Of a stretch of DNA of 64,000 bases, positions 12,001 through 30,555 are shown in pieces. Each line of letters starts with the position of its first letter. Positions within the stretch are counted from its first letter, which is position 1. The stretch comes from Takakia lepidozioides. Its lineage: Eukaryota; Plantae; Bryophyta. Under the pieces are notes generated by a model that saw nothing but the letters and a program-made list of their open reading frames with translations, was not told where the DNA came from and did not search any database. The position numbers and the translations under genes are program-made. The stretch is taken from the NCBI GenBank assembly GCA_030704615.1, contig CM060733.1:58776001-58840000 (forward strand), given 5' to 3'.

Positions 12001-15000
12001 AGCCTTGTCCAATGATTCAGGAAAATTTGTTGCAGCAATGACGATGATGCCCTCATTTTGCTTGAAGCCATCAAGTTCCACCAATAACTGATTAAGTGTC
12101 ATCTTCATGTACTGTTGGTCCTTGGGGTTGCGGCTACCACCAATAGCATCAATCTCATCCATAAAAATGATGCATGGTGACCTGTGAGGCTTTGGAAAAT
12201 CAGAATAGCTCTGGAATATTCAAAGACTACACATTAGGACCAACTGTACAGCCAAACTACAATGAGAAAGTCGAATTGAAGAGAGTTGGAGGGAGGGAGA
12301 GAGAGATAGACCTCTTCTTGGCGGCTGAGAAAAGATCACGCACACGGCGTGCCCCCACACCCACAAACATCTCTTCAAACTCACTGCCACTGCAGTAGAA
12401 GAAGGGAACACCTGCCTCACCAGCTATCGCTCGAGCCAGCATGGTCTTGCCCGTGCCTGGGGGTCCAACCAGTAACACACCCTTTGGTAGTTTGCCTCCC
12501 AACCTTGTGAACCGCTGCATTTCAGGAGCCAATCACACTAACTTCAGTTGCTATAATTTGTTGTCGAAATGTCATGATGCAAACCAGTCTTCCAAAAGGT
12601 TGCTTGAGTTCAAACCATGCATGTACAATAACAAGGTAAAGATGTCATCCATGTTTCTCAACTCAAGAGTTTACACCCTGTCCTATCCGTTATTGCCTCT
12701 GTAGGCATTGAGAGTCTTACCTTGGGATCACGCAGGTAGTAGACGATCTCTTCCAGCTCCGCCTTGGCTTCATCCACACCCTTAACATCACTGAATTTGG
12801 TGCTGGATTCCATGCTCGGTTGCACCTCCTCATTCAGGCCCAACCCTGCCATAGTACCATTGCACCACAGTCTATGTATTGTAAATGCAGTGTCCGACAC
12901 CCTTTCAATTCCAACCTAAACTGTGCTCTCCTAAAGCACAGGACCAGCATTCCACTTCAACATAGTACGCCACAAGCAATGAACGAAAAAAAATTCAATC
13001 GTCTTGAGAGGAAAACGAACATACCCTTGCCAATACCTCGATCCTCAATTAAAGCTCCTACGCCTGAGATAAGAAGGAAGCCTAAGGCCAGTGTGCGCAC
13101 AGTTCGCCAGGCTTGGACTTTAAGCCCTCCCTCTGCTGTGACCATATGAATAGGGGCATTTGGGGTTCCCAAGACTCCATCTTTCGTCATTGTACCTACG
13201 CCTGCAAGTAAAGGCAACGCTGCTGCCATGTTGCTGCTATTGTCTGTGCGCATTCCCCCAGCGGACGTAGCCGCTCCTGTTGATACAAAACAGAGTAAAA
13301 TACTGGAATTTCTAAGGGTTGGCTGCAACTGGTGCAAAAAAACGAGAAGCACACAAGTATGATCAAAATATATCCACGGGAGTTATTTTCGACTTGAGAA
13401 GAAAATATGAGCAATATATGCTGTCAACCCCACAATCTCAAGAGCCCAAAATTACCTCTTTGGAGAGTCTTCAACAATGCACTCTCGTCAAGCCTATCGA
13501 CCTTCACCAAAGCCTTAACATACTCCCCCAAAGCTGCGGAGCTATGCTGTGGCAGGGGTCGGCTCTCAAACCATCGAATCACACCCTCAGGATCAACTCT
13601 ATTCAACTCTTTCAAAAGTGTAGACTGCTTCTCCTCCCAGTCATATTTGCTGGCAGCCTCCCTGTCTAGTTGCTCAAGCCTCCTTGAAAAATTGTTTGCA
13701 TAACTCGACATCCATCTCCTTTGTCCACCTGAAAAACAACCACCCGCACTCCCAGCAGCAGTGTGAAAAATTAAGGCTGACCTTCATACCAACTATTAGT
13801 ATGTTGGTTGTAGCTTATAAGGTCAAGAACAACCTTCACACAAACTACAAGAGATATTTGAGTGTCTAAAAGTAAGACAAGCCTGATTCTATGTATTGTA
13901 ATTCAATGAGCAAAAAAGTGTGACAAACAACCAACCTTCATGGCTGCGACCCAAAACTTGTATGTGCAGCTGGAATAGTGATGATCTCAAGTGACGCTGA
14001 AGACCTAAAAATGCATTTGATTTCACCATGTGCCTTGCAGTATGTCCCCCCTGCACGACAACCAATATACCTTAAGACATGTGCACTGACTAGAGCTTCT
14101 TTCTCATGACAGTTAGACATCTGCCAGACGATGAAAAGAAAAGACAAAGGGGTGAAGGTGAATGGCAGCCTTAGGGGGGGAACAAGGGCCAAGAGAAAGT
14201 AAAGGTCGTTCCAGGACGCATACATGAACTCCTCCATACCAGTCCAAAATGTCCACATAAGCAAGAACTGCTAGTTCTCTTTCATAAGAAAGAACTGAAA
14301 CCCGCTCCCTTCCCTCCCCCAAGAAACCTAAAGCAGGGTCTAAAACCCTGCTCCATGTGCGTTAAGAATCAGTGCCAGGCATGATTCAAAGCTCCAGGCA
14401 GACAAAGCAACTTCCGTATGTCATATGCCGTATGTCATGATGTTTGCATCTTTGGAGTCCAGATGGATTCGCCTGATACAGTTCAAGAACTCTGCACCTC
14501 AAATCCGTAACCCTAACAACCAGACTCACATAGTTAGCACCATAGACACCATTCTATAAACGGATGCCAGGACATTTCTTAAGATAGTTGCCATGAAAAA
14601 TTATCCTACATTAGGTCAAATATGCTTCTGAAGGTATAGTTTGCTTCTAGGAAACTTTCTTCATTACATCTCTTTGATGACTCAATGGGGCATGCTGGCT
14701 GGACTTCTTACAAGTGGCAGCTTTGGTTGGACTTGGTTTCAGATCTCACAGGATTCTGCATGGAAGTACCTACAGTGGCGTCCTCAGCAGCAGAAGGGTA
14801 TCTCGGTCGACAGGTCACCAACTCGAATGCAAACAATTGTTTCAAGGTGAAACTCTTCCGGTAGTGGCCCAAGGCACTCGAGATCAATTTAACATGTCCA
14901 AGGTGTCCCCCACCCTCCCAAAAGAGACGCTGCACTATGGATAAGAGGACCCCTCCTCACGCAACCACAGTACAAGACCCAGCATCCTGAGCCTTAACAA

Positions 15001-15389
15001 AATTTCGCTAAACAAGGTCGCAGAGGACTTTTATGGTGACCTCAAAGGTCGAGAAATTGCGTGCCAGACTGGTTGATTCCAGTCACAAAGACCATACTCC
15101 ATATTGCAAAATCCAAAACCATTCCAGTACCTAGTCTATTAAGCGCATCTGTCAATGAATGTGCATTATCACCATATCATCTAGCTCTACTGAATTCCTC
15201 CCCTCTTCTTGACCATTCTCTGAGCTCCATCCCTTCCTGTGTTTCGGCTCAAAATAGAGAACTACATATACTTCGATCAAGAGAGCTTGGAGATGACTCC
15301 ATCCATGCATTTCACATTTCATGAACTCAAGGGAGGTCTAGGGTTAGGCGAGACGCTAACACCTGCTCCACGAGCTGGCGCCAAGCCAT
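9007..15389 (-). CDS. FTSH4: Mitochondrial i-AAA ATP-dependent zinc metalloprotease FtsH4 (YME1-like), multi-exon
   Basis: Exon 1 MAWRQLVEQ (15389-15363) splices in frame to 14050-13936. Walker A GPPGTGKT, Walker [21 protein letters not shown], zinc motif [14 protein letters not shown], last exon 9483-9007 with the Ala-rich FtsH4-type tail. Confidence 0.95.
9760..9938 (+). mobile_element. tRNA-derived SINE in the last FtsH4 intron (antisense to the gene)
   Basis: A-box-like TAACCCAGTGG, B-box GGTTCAAACCC, acceptor-like stem CCAACAT/ATGTTGG, (CATTT)2 tail, 11-bp TSD TCAGGCACAGT at 9749-9759 and 9939-9949. Confidence 0.85.
14600..15250 (+). mobile_element. Highly decayed L1-type LINE ORF2 C-terminal (zf-RVT) relic in FtsH4 intron 1
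   Basis: Across frameshifts: [10 protein letters not shown] / LPV / TCPRCP / ETLHY, resembling the zf-RVT cysteine motif. Confidence 0.4.
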
Positions 15390-16240
15390 AAGTCCAGCCT
15401 GTGCTTGTACACTGACTGTCAACCCTTCCGCCAATCTGTACAGATCACTGTATCACCAGCACCCCCGACGGTGGCACCTCATCCCCCATCATGTCGCATG
15501 TACTCGGTATACTCGGCACACAGCAAGAAAATGCGAGCTCTTTCAGAAGCCGAAAAAAGAAGATGGAAGCAGAGCTGTACAGCAAGCTCTTGCAGAATTC
15601 AGGACAGATTAGAAGGTAAAGAAAGAGATTGTAGAACGCGGTGAATCTCCCACCAACATCCCTGCCTTCACACCAAACCCTAGTAGCCTGCTGAGAAGGT
15701 GTGGACGAAGGCGGTCACCGTCCAAGTCCATGACCTCCGGTCACCGGTCATTGTGCGCCTCGCAATAAAGGCGTCCCCCATGTCACCGGCTAGGTCCGAT
15801 GTAGGACCGCCTACGACGTATCACCCTAGCCGTACCTACGGTCAGCCCGGCGCAATGTACGGTAGCTGACCGGCGTACTTAAGGATGAATAATTCTGTTA
15901 TACATCACCCTAGCCCTAAGTTCATCCTGCTCCGGAGCCCTAGGAAGCAGGGGAGCCCTTGGGAAGCCATTTCCGTTTACTGTGTATAGAGACGATGGAG
16001 ATGGTGCCTGTTGTAGAGCAGGTGTGGAGGAGGTGAATCTTTGAGGTTGAAGATGGTAGTTGAGACTGGATTTTTGGTTGTGGGTTTAGGGTTGGAGGGG
16101 GGTTTTGCACAGGTTTAGGAGTGAATTGGAGATGTGGGTTTTTGTGCGGGGTGCTAGAGAGCTGTTTGCGGCAGCTTGAGATGGAAGGGAGACGGGGCGA
16201 CTGAGTTTGGAAGCTTTGAAGTCTTTTAGATCGTGTAACC
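15390..16240. promoter_or_regulatory. Shared divergent promoter/5' UTR region of FTSH4 and HDA9
   Basis: Start codons at 15389 (-) and 16241 (+) are ~850 bp apart. Telo-box AAACCCTA at 15675-15682; GC-rich core with repeated GTCACCG/TGACCG and two ATCACCCTAGCC copies. Confidence 0.6.
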
Positions 16241-21567
<5,327 letters not shown>

Positions 21568-22552
21568 TATCTTGCTATTAGATGTTCCACATGATACCCA
21601 CACATATTGTGAAGGGATGATTACTTGTACATTATCTTTCATTTGTAAGGGAATAACAAAGAAACTGAAAGGTGTATTTTATCTGATGAAGATGTTCTCT
21701 TTCAGATAGAGAGAAGTGAGTGGAGAGCTTTCTTCAGCCCGCTAATGTTAGTTAGGTTGTCTCCCTCTTTCTCTTTGTTCTGGAGTTTTGTATGATTTGA
21801 ATGCTAAAACTGCTTGACTGAGTCTTCCCATGTTCACATTGAACTCAGGACTCCTCCACCCTCTGTCGGAAACCGATGGGAGTCACTTGGGAGTTATAAG
21901 AGGTGGTCACATGATTTGTCTTTTTGAACTCGGATTGCATTCAAACTCACTGAACGTTCTTTTATATTTCTTCTTCTGTGTCTTTCCTGGATGTTGTGTC
22001 TGCAACGTTTGTTTCATCTTTGAAAGCTCTTATTTTCCTTGAATGTGGATATCTCAGATCAGTTTTACTAGGCTCTCACATTGAATATCTTTTCATAGAC
22101 GTTCTGAAGTGCCTGCCAAAACTGCACTCTGCATTTCTCCACAGATAGCCTTGTGGTTAAGGATCTAAGGCCAGATTGACAATCCTGGGCTTAAGGCTGC
22201 TGCATAGAAGGTTACCCTGTGCAGTGATCCTGTTGCAGGCCGGTTACTGGGTAAACAGGTCACCAACCAAGTTTCTGTAATGACTGGACAGGTTCCTAGC
22301 AACTTTGTTTATTCCCAATGGTATTGTACAATATAGACCATCTGAAGTGACACCAGCATATATGCCAGTCCTTGCAATCAGGCTAACATGTGCTCTCTAC
22401 AAAATCAAACATCGCAATACTTTGCGAGAGGTATTCCTCATACCGGACTCTAAAGTGGTTCAGAATTCTGTATGGTTTGATAGGACAAAAATTTGCAAGG
22501 CAATTTAAGTGCTTCTTAGAAATCTTGTAGTTCTATCTATGAATACTTTGGC

Positions 22553-25500
22553 TTAGATGACCACAACCTCCCCTCTCTGTCGCGCCTGCAATCTTGCTTT
22601 CATCTCACTTTTGTGTACTATCTTGAGTTTCTTTCTGATGTCTGGGTCGAGCATCTTTTTATCCTTTGCAAGTCCAAGATAGCCATAGAACACTCGTTTT
22701 GGCAACTTGGTCTCCTCATCCTGGCGGACAAGGTCAGGGCTCTCTGTCAGGCCCTCATGGCCAGGAAGCCCATGCCAGAAGGGTTTAAGGCATGCCCAAA
22801 ACTTGCGGTCACGATTGCTCATCTCGAAGTGTTTGTGAAGTCTTTCAGCTTCATGTAGACCTTCCAGTGTGGGAGCATAGATAACCAGAACAATGCCTCG
22901 ATGACCTTCTTTATAGTACAGAGCCTTTGGCTTTCCTTTTGAATGCCCCATATCTGCAATAGACAACTTCCCATCAGTTGACAGCGCCATGACCAATAAC
23001 TGGATGTTCTCTCTAGTCTCAGGTTGAGTGTATTAATCTACCAAAGTTTCAGCAATGCTAATCTGACAAACAATTCCATGATAGTGCTTTTCCCTTTTCT
23101 GAGACATGTCTTTGTCCCAGTCACCCAGGCTTTCTCTCTAATTCTCTAGAAGGCTGTCAATGAATCTTTGGGAAGAGGCCTCTCTTTCTCTCTGTAAATT
23201 TTGATCTCCCTCCTCTTTTAATGAAATGTACACAGTGGTCTCTAGTTTTTTACGAACCTCGCAGGAATTGCCGCATCTCCGAGTGGTTGATTCCCTCCCA
23301 CTTTCCATCTAATGTTTTCTTGACACGGGTGTTCTCTACTATAACCATTGGCGGCCACAGAATCTGTTCGTTCTTGTCGCCATTGGTCTGTGCAGCAGCT
23401 GCTGCATCATCAATTGTAGGCAGATCTGGTTCATGCTGCAATGGTGGTGTGTGATCTGGTGAGCCATCAATCACCAGGCTATCTGAATTTGCCAGAGACT
23501 GCCATCCCATCAAATCACAGAGAGCAAGGTGAAAGCCCAAATGCTGGACCATGTGCATGGCATCCGTTGATCTGACACAATGGTTTACCAGCCCAGTCAA
23601 ATTGTTGTAGCCCCTTCTGTAGAGACAATCAAGTCATCCAAGACAGTCATCCCATTAGGTACATCATAGAAAACAGAGAGGACATGTCCAAAGTTGAAAG
23701 TGAATGTGAGCCATGCCCGATATAAGCCCTCTGAGTTGGGCAGCAATGTCAGAATGGGCATGTCTGAGTGTTCGGTATTATCTAGGTGGTCTGAAACCTG
23801 CTGAGCAAGGAACGAAAAGAGTTTTAGTGTCCATGGAAAACCAAAAGTTCAAACACCCATAGGGAAGAGAGAGGGGAGATCCAACGATTTTCTACTCACT
23901 CACTTGGAGGGTCAGGAGGGGTGAAGACATCAAGGTAGATTGTTGTTGAGGTCACTAACCTGCCACAGACAAGGCATGGGAAGTTTCCATCTTCGCCTGT
24001 TTGATACTGGTGGCGCATTTTGGGGTCAGCACATAGAAGCTTATTAAACTGTGCTCGAGCCCACCTCACCTTCTCCTTGAACTCTTCAGTGGTCTTTCTC
24101 TCACCCTGGTACTCCAGATCCAGCCAGTGATCCCCCTCACCATCCACATCGTGCTGTTGATTGAAGACTGGTTGCTCAAGCATCTCAACACAAGTATTTT
24201 GGAAGCCATTTCCGATCCCATTTGCTGATAGACTCGCAGCTTGCACTGGAGAATCTTCTGTACTAATACCACCACATACCTGCTGTGTTTCCCGTGGGAT
24301 TGCCCCACCATTCACCGCATGTTGTCGTTTGTAGACTGGTTGATTAGGCATCTGAGCAGCAGTTTTTGGGAATCTGTTTCCAGTCCCATTTGCTGTCAGT
24401 CTGGCAGCTTTCACTGGGAAATTGCAAATACTTCTACATTCCTCCTGTGGTTCCAGTGGGTTTTGCTGACCATCCACCCCATGCTGTCGTTTGTAGACTG
24501 ATGGCGTAGGCGTCCGAACAAAAGCTTTTTGGGAGCCATCTTCAATCCCATTACTGGCAGCTTTCACAGGAGGATTGTTTGTACAAATATCTCCACATGC
24601 TTTCTGTGTTTCCAGTGGGCTTTGCCTAGGTTTCTTGTCAATTCGTTTCTGTATAAGGGCACAAGTTTCTCTCCCATTCTCATGTTTGCTATCCTTCATT
24701 TGCCTCTGAGCATGCAATGTTGCGGGGTGCAATGGTTGGGACCCGTTTGCATGGCGACCCTCTTGCAATTGAACAGCTTCTACATAACAAGAGTGACGAG
24801 TATCCGCCCCGCATCTGTTTCCAGCCCTATTCGCTGGTAGCCCGGCAGCTTCCATTGGAGAGTTGTGCCTAGATTTCTTGCCAATGTGTTTCTGTGTAAG
24901 GGTACGGGTATCTGTCCCATTCTCGTGCCTGCTATCCTTCTCTTGGCTCTCAGCAGGCAATCCCCCACGGCGTGAAGACTGGGACCCGTCTGCACTACTG
25001 ACTGCTTGCGCCTCGACAACTTCTGCAAAACAAGACTCCTCGAGGCCACAAGTATCTGCCCCATTCTCACGCCTGCTTTCCTTCTCAGTTTCCCTGTAAT
25101 CAGGCGATCTCTCAAGTAGTGTACAGTGCTGGCCATTGGGATTGCCATCCTCCTGCAACTGCGCATCCTCTGCCTCATGGATGGTCTCCAATGTCAAACC
25201 TTTGGGCAATTCATGCATCATTTTTCCACTCGGCAACCTGTTCCAATTGACCTGGGAGTGGCGACTTGTACTTTGGGACTGATTGCTCCCTACCTCCACA
25301 AGCTGCAGGGCATGCCCATTGCTTTGCACCTGATCAATCCCTGTACGTAACTCCGTCTCCTGTGTATTAGCCTGAGGGATTATGTGTGCTCTCTTTGCAC
25401 CCGCTCCTAGCGCTTCGGCCTTTCGATGTTCCATATGTCCATTAGCCGGTGCAAGTTCAACCACAACGCCTGGAGACCTCACGTGCCCCATACTGCTTTG

Positions 25501-26742
25501 GCGCTCAATCTGTAGTGGTGCTGCTGCAGGCAGTGGCCAACCATGACGGTTCTGTAAGGGCTCATTTTTCATCACGTCGATGGGAGCATGCAGCCAACAG
25601 CTTGTCAGATTCCCATTGGGATAATCTGCAGCCTTTGGAATTCCATCGCCAAGAACATTCTTCAGAGGAAACTGATTTTTAGTGTGAGGGCCTGCATATC
25701 CCTTCCCAACCTCACAGTCAGGGCTGTCACCCTGCTGAGTCCCCTCCTTGGCCCAGTATGTTGAACCCATGACGGTATCATGCCTTCTGTTTTGCCAAGG
25801 GACCAGAGGCAAAGGTCTCCCGGTCTGGTTGTATAACCGCCGATTGTCTACTGGGCTTGCAATATACTCAGAATACTCAGGAGCGGACATGGGGTTATCC
25901 ATATACCCTTCTACAGGACTGTTTTTAGGATACCCTTCCTCACTGTGGCTTTGTCTCTGAGGACTGCCGACAATGTTTTGCTGCCGTAGGCCCACTGGGT
26001 TCTTTCCCCACTCCATAGAACACCCCTTACCTGGGGACTTCGGGACATCCCCCCTCAAGTACTCGGCCATTGTTGTCCTGGAAGAATGGCTCTTAACGAA
26101 ATACTCCCTGCCTGTATTCATGGGGACTGCGCTGCCGTTCCGACCCACAGGAGCCTGTCGTTGGGAGTGCATTTGAGAGGTTTGATACTTCTTTGCAGGG
26201 AAAAGTGGGTTCCCAGGCTGCTCTACTTGTGGGCTCTTTGGATATTCTTCCCAGAGGGACATGCTTACGGGTGTCACATGGCAAGGACTCAGAGGCTCCG
26301 GGGTTGGACTCATGGGGGCTGCGTCTCGAGCAGGGCTCATTGGGGGCACTTGACAAGCCATGAAAGCATTTCTCTGAGGTCTCGTTGGTGCTGACAAGTG
26401 TGATGGCCTTGGTGCCATTTCCTGGGTTGGGCTCATTGGGTGCAGCTGCTGCCAAGGTAGATTCATTGGAGGGTGATTGCTGTAGATATCCACAAAGGTT
26501 TCCAGATGGTGTCCAGGGTTGATGAAGCTTGTGCCTTGGTTTGGCCAGTAAACATTTTGATCAAAGCTCTCCTCGATTCCCTCCGCGAACCCTCCTTGAT
26601 AGACATTTTGAAATCTCCAGCCAGCCACCATAGCCGTACTCCAAAGTAACTCAATCATCAAACATTTCTTGCTCCATTGGAGTTGGACTTGGAAAGCCCA
26701 TGTCTTGGGAAACAGTATATATCTCCCGCTCCATTCCTTCAA
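22553..26742 (-). CDS. XS-domain (SGS3-family RRM-like) protein of the At3g22430 type with a long low-complexity N-terminus; 5' end uncertain (possible further exon near 27453-27620)
   Basis: Exons ...-23960, 23616-23258, 22953-22553 splice in frame: FPCLVCGR|RGYNNLTGLVNHC...HLGFHLALCDLMGW...ILWPPMVIVENT...GHRGIVLVIY...EAERLHKHF...KRVFYGYLG. Confidence 0.85.
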
Positions 26743-28507
26743 TGCATACTATCTTTTTCACCAGTCCATCTGTTTCGGGGAATGCGGTGGCTCCCTCTGT
26801 TGCACCTACCTGGGCACCAGCAGTATGGGGTTAAGGGTCACAAGCAACATGGTGTTGTCTGCTGAGCTTTGACATTTGGTCCAAGCTTCAAAACGCCTTT
26901 GGTTTGCCTATCAAGAGCTTGAGATGCAAAGAAACACCAGATTCTGCACCATTTGATGAATTTTTATGGAGACATTGAAGGCTTTTGCTACAAGACATTG
27001 ACTCCGTTGGTGAGTCAATTCAGAAACAAAATGCACAAGGAACTTGCCAAGCCACAACCAATATGACAGTCTACATGCAGTACCACTCAGGGAACACATG
27101 CTTGAGGTACCAAGACTGACGCTTGACACATCCAGCAACGATCATCAGTAAGTAGGTATGAATAACAGTTATATGCATCAAATCTTCTTGAGCAAGGAAA
27201 AACTAACTGGTTACTCCAGCATTTGATGAGCTTCCGAGTGGAGATGAAGCAAGAGGGTGGGAAGAGAGTTGTAGAAGTTATCTGCTCTCTTGAAATAAGC
27301 GGTAATTTTCTTGAGTAAATTCTGACCACCATTAGAACCACAGGCTGACAATATCAACGTGATAGTTGACAACAGCAATGTTCCGTTACTCTGAATATCC
27401 TGATCTCATTAGGTGGAAAATTTGGAAGGGTCCGATGAGGCAATGTACTCACTTGGATCTGAGAGAGATTGTGGACTGGATGCCTCCCTTGGGAGTAGTA
27501 TGTGGAGCTCCCTCCTTTCGCAGGCAGGCTAAGATGGTGGCTGTGACGGTTGACCACACCACAACCCACATTCCAGTCCATCCTTTTGTAACCACGACGA
27601 GAACTCATTTTCTTGTTCATATGCCCTCCTTTCTGCCTGCCTTCCTCTCCTCTCTCTCTAGGATCGGAAAGAATCGGGAAAGAACCGAGAGTCTTTCTCA
27701 GGTCTCGTTGTGTTCTGTTGGAACGTCTGTGCTCCAACGTTGTTTCCTCTCTTGAGGAGAAAGAAATGAAGTGATACTTTTTAACGAAAGAAAGAAAGAA
27801 AGAAAGCGCAATTTCTGCAGAGACCTGGGCAAGATTAAAGAAATCAAGGCTGTGCAGCTGGAGTCGCAGATGTGGAGACTGGTCAGACCATACTGAGAAA
27901 AGAGAGAGGGAGACGAGCTGGAGCAAGACAGACACGATCTTCCTGATCAAGTCTGAGACGCATGAGAAAGAAAACAAACGCACTTCAAAGCTGAATCATG
28001 CCCACATACTTTTCTTCAACGTGTACAGCTGCTATAACCCAGTAGAAATAAACGAGAGGAAAAGGCAAGAGAGGGAGGAGAGAACCAAGTGCAATCAAGC
28101 CATAGACCCAAAAGATTCAACTATACAACGCTCAAAGAGGACCCCATCTTCAGCTACTCAAGGACCCAAGTATGAACATCCAAACAGCATCCCTGCAAGA
28201 ATCCATAGAGAGAAAGAAATGCAGGAACGTGGGAGAGAGAGAGAGAGAGAGGGTGTGGGGAGACGACAAGACAGGCTACTCTTCTTGGAGCCCAACGGCC
28301 GGCTGAACACAATCACTGGACAAACGGATGGATGACGGTTGGGGGCCTGTTTCTCATCCTCGTTTCTCACATTGCCAAGAAACCTGAAGAAAGAAACTGT
28401 AAAAACATTTCCCACTATAACTTTTTCGATGAGAACATAATTTTTGGGTACTGCCCTTTTTGTTATTTTTTTAGCAAGAACGTTTTTTTTTTTTTTTTTT
28501 TTTTTAC

Positions 28508-28572
28508 AAATGAAATGAAATGAAATGGTGCTTTATAACGTCCGCGGAAAGCTCATAGAGCTTATGAGACAA
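28508..28572 (-). mobile_element. Short 3' end of a non-LTR element/SINE with (CATTT)n tail
   Basis: + strand (AAATG)n GTGCTTTATAACGTC...AAGCTCATAGAGCTTATGAGACAA; the same motifs recur at 36024-36120. Confidence 0.55.
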
Positions 28573-28877
28573 AATGGAAGAAAACATGAAAGAACTTTAC
28601 AATTGTGATTCGAAAGATTTTTCTTTAAGATTATTGCATTTTAATTAATTTCTTAACTACCCAAAACTTATCATAAACTAAGGCATTTTTGTAGTATCAA
28701 GCTAAGAACATATGAACTCCTCGCTATTCGTTACGCCGCGCCCTGAGCTATTCGGATAGGGGCTTAATTTAGTTGAGACTTTCAGAAATCATGAAACTTT
28801 GAGCGATCATATTAGTATTCAAGTGGAGGTTTGATGCGATGAGAACTTATAGATAGCTAAATAAATAAATGTCATGG

Positions 28878-30555
28878 TTTTTTTTTTTTTTTTTTTTTTT
28901 TTTTAGATAACAAGGACTTTGCCCTGGAAGCTTTATTTATGTTTATTTTTGGTGGGGAAAAAAGTAAAACCCCTAAAAGTACCATGAATGTATACACACC
29001 GTAGACAGTGAATGGCAAATCGACCTCCTATTGGAGAATTCCAAAAAATTAGGGCATCATGCCCAATGAAGTGCTGAGCGAGTAGCTCACCCAGGGAGCT
29101 TCTAGCAAGCAGCAGTCTAAGAGCATGTGTAGGTTTTGGCTTTAGAGGTAGAGTCCTAGCGGAGAGCTTGATGACTACTACTCTACTGCTATCGATCTGT
29201 TCTTGGAATGTCAACGGAACTTAAGTCTCACAGCTGACTTGATGTGGCGCCAGTTAATGTCTCTGTCAAATTCGGGGGAGAGTGTGGATGGCCGTTCTGA
29301 GCCCCCTCCAGGCGTCTGGTGGGCTGGCAGCCCAGTTGCATTCACTTGATGAAGTGGTAGTGCAGATGTGTCCTTGCTTGCCCCAGGACAATCTGAAATC
29401 TGCATGCAGGTTGGCTGCTTGTTGAGGGTGTATGGCCATTTCTGTACACAGTTTTACCCATGCTTTTCTAGCATCAATCTGTATATCCCAGAAAATGCGA
29501 GCTAATACTGCGGATAGTGACAAAGTCTCACCAGAGAGTGACCAGGAGCAGCGTACTTTCCATAGTTGCCATAGTGTAGAAACCCGGAGGCTTTCAAAGA
29601 CTGGGCAATCAATGGCTTTCGATTTGGAGTTTGTGTCATAGTTTAAAAGTAATGTGAGTGGTGTTTGTGGTTGGGTATCCCAGATGGTGTAGAAAGCTTT
29701 TATGATTCTCCAGATTGATTCTGGGCCCTAGCACAAGAGGAGGCAATGTTCTAAAGATTCTAGCACTCCTGCGGAGCAACCTGAGCATAAAAGAGCGCCC
29801 TGGAATTGAAGCCATTCCCCCACCTTGAGCACTCTATTGGCAATTTGCCATAGGAATGCAGACATTTTTGTAGATTTGGTCTTGCTCCAGATGTTGCTCC
29901 AGATTGCTTTCCAGTTTTCATTGGCAAAGCCATAGTCCTGTCATTTAGCATTCCACTTGGAAGTGTTCTGCGGGCTTTTTTTGCTAAGTAGTTGAAGAAG
30001 GGAACTTGGGATCGGCCAAAGGCCCATGTCCATTCCTTAGGGTCAAATTGCAGGTCTGTCAGCGGCCTTCCTAAAATCCAGATGAAGTTGTTTGCTGCAA
30101 GCCAGATGTGTAGAGGTAAGGTGGGATCAGGTTGAGGGTTCATATATTTTGTCAGGTACGACCAGCAACATATCCTAACCGGGGTATGTGGAAAGATGGG
30201 GTAATCAATGGGTCGCTCGCTATTCAGAGACAAGGCCATAGAAACATGGTCAATATTGAAGGGAAATCCTGTCAGGGTGTAATCGGATCTTTGGAGAACG
30301 AAAAGAACAGTTAGCTTATTGTTGATGATCCCAAGAGTCTAGTAAAGGGATTGGGGATTTGAAGGACCAGTCTGGAGATTCGAGGGCCAAGTGGGGGGGA
30401 TGGAAGCTGTGATTTGAGGCAATCCAGCTTTGGCCATGTTTTTGCCCGCAATGATATCTGCCTTTTTAAAGTCATTGTTGTTCCATATATCTTTGAGCTG
30501 GCAGATCCCCTTATGATCCCACGAAGACCATCTTCTGGCCTGACAACATTGGGCT
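28878..30555 (-). mobile_element. 5'-truncated, decayed L1-type LINE (ORF2 C-terminus, 3' UTR, poly(A))
   Basis: 27-nt poly(T) on + at 28878-28904, AATAAA on the minus strand, and minus-strand zf-RVT-like remnants (KMSAFLWQIANRVL...CSGC...ESLEHCLLLC...IW). Confidence 0.8.

Noticed and set aside
14327-14472. Possible extra FtsH4 exon containing a 14-bp duplication
   Set aside because: Stops in all frames; exon 1 splices in frame directly to the exon at 14050
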